A stretch of 64,000 nucleotides of DNA from an uncultured Candidatus Rokubacteria bacterium (GTDB taxonomy: Bacteria; Methylomirabilota; Methylomirabilia; Rokubacteriales; DASRDR01): contig CAVPSB010000030.1 of the NCBI GenBank assembly GCA_963708025.1, positions 1-64,000 of the forward strand, written 5' to 3'. Positions 60,246 through 64,000 of the stretch are shown piece after piece. The position numbers were made by a program, and so were the translations under genes. A model generated the notes under the pieces. The model was not told where the DNA came from and searched no databases. It worked only from the letters and a program-made list of their open reading frames with translations. Position 1 is the first letter of the stretch; every line of letters begins with the position of its first letter.

Positions 60246-60253
60246 CCGCCTCG

Positions 60254-60370
60254 CTACCCGAGGCGGCGGGCGGCTCGTTTCAGCGCCTCGACCCGGTCCT
60301 CACGCTCCCGCGGCACGTCGAGATCGGTTGGTCCGAAAAGGCCGTAGGCCGCCAGCCGCGCGTAGAAGCT
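60254..60370 (-). pseudogene. 117-bp duplicate of the 3' end of the metK-like gene
   Basis: Aligns to 63027-63143 with 6 mismatches by manual comparison. Confidence 0.85.
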
Positions 60371-60737
60371 CGTCGGAGTAGCCGATGTCGCGGATGGACC
60401 CGCCGCGCCGAGGACCGCCACGACGAGCGCGCTGGCGAGGCCCGCCCCGTGCCCGCCCGGGAGAGCGTCACCCGCGGCATCGCCGCCGGATCCGACCGGG
60501 CCGACGATCCGCCTGCCGCCGGGCAACGTCCACTCCGGGACCGTCATCCGGTTCTCGCCCGCCGTTGGCCACTCGCTCGAGGATACCCGCGAATGGTCGG
60601 GCAGGCGCTCGACCGCGAAGCGGAGCGGGCATGGCCGCGCAATAGAAGCGGCCGTTCGGCACGTGACTCCCTCTCGAGCGCGACAGGGGCAGTCCGGCGA
60701 CAAGGGGCGACCGCTGGCGCGTCCGCGCAGTCGAGAT

Positions 60738-60780
60738 GTCGTGTCAACGTCATCAACCCGTGACGTCCCCCGCGTAGGGT
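60738..60780 (+). promoter_or_regulatory. Pho-box-like promoter F
   Basis: GTCGT 60738, GTCAT 60749, GTGAC 60760, then 10 nt, then TAGGGT; upstream of a phosphatase gene. Confidence 0.6.
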
Positions 60781-60876
60781 TCCCTCCGGTGCTGTGCGGA
60801 CCGGTCCGCGCGGGCCGTCCACCCACAAGTCCGAGCCGCCGCCGTCCGGTGCGGCGCGAAGCCGGAGGTTCACGCC

Positions 60877-62630
60877 ATGGCGTCCACCGTCCGCCCACTG
60901 CTCCACGCCCTCCTCGCTGCTGTTGTACCCCGGCGGCTCTGCGCGGTCTTGCTGGTCCTGGCCGGCGTAGTGCTCGCCGGGGTGGCCCCGGCAGCCCCGC
61001 GGGTCATCGTCATCTCGCTCGACGGCGCCACCCCGCGCTTCGTGGACGACTACCTGGCCCGGGGGGTGCTCGAGCGGGACAGGGGACTCGGCCTCCTCAG
61101 GCGGCACGGCATCACCGCGCGGCAGAACGTGACGATCAACCCCTCGCTGACCGCGCCCGGCCACATCGCCATCGCCACCGGCTCCATCGCCGCTCACAAC
61201 GATATCGCCGCCAATACCTTCCACCTGCAGGCCAGCCCGTTCACGGCGACCATCAGCGGGTTCTCGGCTCCGATCGGCGGCTACGACATTCACGGGCCAG
61301 CGGAGGCGGCCGAGATCACGGCGGAGCCCTTGTGGCTGCCGCTGCGGGCGGCCGGCAAGGTGGTGGCGACCGCCACCTTCCCCGGCGGCGATGGCCTCGA
61401 CATCCGTGTGCCCGGACGCTCACCGAGCCCGATCGTCCAGCCGGCCGCCGAGCGCACCGTGGACTACACGGTTCCCTTCGGTGCGTTCGCCGGCGTCGGA
61501 GCCCAGGGCTTCAGTCTGACCGCGGCCGACTTCTCGGTCGCTCCCAGTTCGACCACCGGCCAGCTCGCCGCCGCCGGTCGGACGTCCTTCAGCCCGACAC
61601 TCCAGAAGGTGACCCCCCTCGAGACATTCACGGTGGGCGGCGTGAGCTACCAGATCCAGGTGGCGGCACTCGACACGACGAATGACGGCCTGGTCAACTA
61701 TGACATGCTGGTGTTCTTCGATACGGCTCACGGGATCCCGCCCGGCCCCTTCAACCCTCCGTCCACCGGACCGGCCTACGTCCGCCCGGCGGACAAGCGC
61801 TCGGGCCCCTTCTACCTGGAGGGCAGCAGCACCAGAGCGGGCACGGGCTTCTACGTGAGCCGGCTCGAGCCCGACCTTTCCAGCGTGCGGATCGCCCGGT
61901 ACTCTGCCAACGCCATCCCCCGCAACGCCGCCGTCCTCGGCGACGTGGACGACGTCAACAACCACGCCGGATTCTGGGCGCCCCAGCCCGACTTCCGGAT
62001 CCCCGAGCGACTGAGCCCGGGTTTCGATCCCTTTCCCGACCTCGAGTTGGAAGCGATCTACCAGGATCTCGTGCGACTGTTCGTGGACTACCAGACCCGG
62101 GTGGGGCTTCGGGCCATCGAACGCTTTCCCGACGCCGACCTGATCATGATCTACATCGAGCAGCCGGACGGATCGGGCCACCAGTTCCTGCTGACCGATC
62201 CCCGCCAGCCCACCGACCCCCGCAACCCGGACTCGATCGGCGGCGGGCAGGACCCGGACAAGGTGGCTCGCTACGCCCGCTACCACGAGGCCGCCTACCG
62301 GGCGGCCAGCACCGCCGTGCAGCGGATCATCGAGGCGGTCGGCACCGATCGCCACGGCATGCCGAGGAGCAACATCATCGTCGTCTCCGACCACGGCTTC
62401 GAGATCTTTCACACTGCGGTCAGCATGATGAACCTGCTCGTCAGCCGCGGCTTCGACCCGACCAAAGTCCGGGCGGTGACATCGGGTCCGGCTGTCAACG
62501 TCTACGTCAACCTGATCGGACGCGGCCCGAGCGGTACCGTGACCCCAGCCGAATACCTGGTCCTCCAGGGCCAGATCGCCGACGCGCTGGCGGAGCTCGT
62601 GGACACCAACCCGAATTACACCAACGGCCT
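60877..62630 (+). pseudogene. Alkaline phosphatase / nucleotide pyrophosphatase-phosphodiesterase family protein, 3'-truncated
   Basis: Signal peptide, ISLDG, PSLTAPGHIAIATG (Thr nucleophile), QPDGSGHQF, VSDHGF; after ~62630 the frame reads the antisense of another gene. Confidence 0.8.
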
Positions 62631-62994
62631 CGACCGCCGTCGCCACCGCGGCCTTGCTCGCCGTCCGGGCAACCTCCGCGAGGTCGCCGCCCACCTCCTG
62701 GGCTGCCTGGATGGTGCCTTGCACGGCATGCTTCGCGGCGAGTCCGACGTCACCTCCGATCTCGGACGTCGCCCGGATGATGCCGCGCACCGCCGTGATC
62801 CCGACCGTCGCCACGAGGCCTCCCAGTTCGGCCACGCCCGACAGGCTCGTGAGCAGGCTGTTCCGGGCCAGGTGGATCACACCGGCGGCGACGATCTCCG
62901 CGCCGCTGATCGATCGTTGGAGGGCCGAGGATCCGTTGTCGGCTTCGCTCGATGGTCGGGGTCGCGTTCCGGTCCTCCGCTTCGTGGTCATGAT
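62630..62994 (-). pseudogene. Second 22-residue-repeat protein (paralogue of 59491-60096), 3'-truncated
   Basis: MMTTKRR...ISGAEIVAAGVIHLARNSLLTSLSG...RGIIRATSEIGGDVGLAAKHAVQGTIQAAQEVGGDL aligns with the first copy. Confidence 0.8.
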
Positions 62995-63026
62995 GCGTCC
63001 CCTGTCTCGGATCCTTCCGCCCAAGG

Positions 63027-64000
63027 TTACCCGAGGCGGCGGGCGGCTCGTTTCAGCGCCTCGACCCGGTCCTCACGCTCCCACGGCACGTCGAGATCGG
63101 TTCGTCCGAAGTGGCCGTAGGCTGCCAGCCGCGCGTAGAAGCTGCCTTCGTGCCGGATGGGCAGCTGGCGCAGGCCGAGGTGGTGGACCACCGCCGCCGG
63201 CCGCAGGTCGATGGTCTCCTGCAGGACGCGCGCGAGGTCGGTGTCGGACGCCACGCCGGACCCGTACGTCTCGACCGACACGGCGAGCGGCCGGGCCTGG
63301 CCGATCGCGTAGGCCAGGTGCACCTCGCACTCCCGGGCCAGCTCGGCGGCGACGAGGGTCCGGGCCGCGTAGCGGGCGACGTACGCCCCGAGGCGATCGA
63401 TGTGATCCGGGTTCTTCCCGGACAGCGCGCCGCCGCCGTGTCGCGTGTATCCCCCGTAGGTGTCCACCATGTTCTTCCGGCCGGTGAGCCCCGCATCCCG
63501 ACGGGGGCCTCCGACGAGAAAGGCGCCGCCGGGGTTGACGAAGAGCCGGGCCTCGGCGTCGAAGCTCAGCTCGGTGCGATCCAGGGCCGGACGCAGGACC
63601 GCGTCCCGGATGTCGCCCTCGAGCCGGCGCCGGGTGGCGGTGGACGTGCCCGGCGCGCCGACCGCGGTCGTGTGCTGGACATTGATCACGACCGTGTGAA
63701 TCCGCACGGGACGCCGATCCTCGAACTGCACGGCCACCTGGACCTTGCCGTCCGGCCCCAGGTACGGCACGGCCTTCTCGCGCCGCGCCTGATCGAGCCG
63801 CCGGGCCAGCCGATGGGCCAGGGCGATGGGCGCCGGCATCCGCTCGGGTGTGTGCGTGCACGCATACCCGAAGACGGACGCCTGGTCCGAGGCCACGCCG
63901 GCGTCGAGCTCCTCCTCCGTCGACTCGACGTCGGGAGCCGGATCGCGGCCGGGACGGTGGGCGAAGTTGGTGATGACGCTCGCGTTCTCGGGGTCGAAGC
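63027..64000 (-). CDS. metK: Divergent S-adenosylmethionine synthetase paralogue; 5' part outside the window
   Basis: FGYAC, MPAPIALAHRL, PDGKVQV, NPGG.F.VGGP..DAGLTGRK..VDTYGG...HGGGALSGK, AYGHFGR..PWE. Confidence 0.85.
   Translation of the reverse strand, partial: FDPENASVITNFAHRPGRDPAPDVESTEEELDAGVASDQASVFGYACTHTPERMPAPIALAHRLARRLDQARREKAVPYLGPDGKVQVAVQFEDRRPVRIHTVVINVQHTTAVGAPGTSTATRRRLEGDIRDAVLRPALDRTELSFDAEARLFVNPGGAFLVGGPRRDAGLTGRKNMVDTYGGYTRHGGGALSGKNPDHIDRLGAYVARYAARTLVAAELARECEVHLAYAIGQARPLAVSVETYGSGVASDTDLARVLQETIDLRPAAVVHHLGLRQLPIRHEGSFYARLAAYGHFGRTDLDVPWEREDRVEALKRAARRLG

Noticed and set aside
61420-63120. Genuine long bidirectional overlapping gene pair
   Set aside because: Explained by the truncation junction near 62630 and stop-poor antisense frames

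Overview
High-GC bacterial chromosomal window. Gene content and intergenic hairpin repeats suggest Candidatus Rokubacteria/Methylomirabilota, but this is inference only. Many genes carry single-base frameshifts that look like long-read assembly errors. In order: amidohydrolase and a sugar-type ABC transporter; arylsulfatase and a NitT/TauT ABC transporter; a small low-GC islet; a choline-sulfatase-like gene separated from its peptide-ABC operon by an inserted vapBC + DUF2075 nuclease-helicase block; ilvA, plsC-like and GDPD genes; an ActP-like symporter/DUF4212/CBS-DUF294/exonuclease module next to a symporter-fused histidine kinase and a sigma54 activator; SCO; malic enzyme; a PAS + MBL pair; then a large phosphate island (phoB-like, pstSCAB, phoU, sixA, ppx, ppk1). 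The most interesting part is 52.6-64 kb. It holds a ferrosome (fezA/C/B)-like trio, a Ca2+-type P2A ATPase with an HMA2-like N-domain, two paralogous 22-residue amphipathic-repeat proteins, an alkaline-phosphatase-family gene, a PhoX remnant and a divergent MetK. Several of these genes sit behind the same 11-bp-periodic Pho-box-like promoter found upstream of phoB-pstS. This suggests a candidate phosphate-regulated metal/(poly)phosphate storage compartment system. Product calls come from motif recognition, not database searches.
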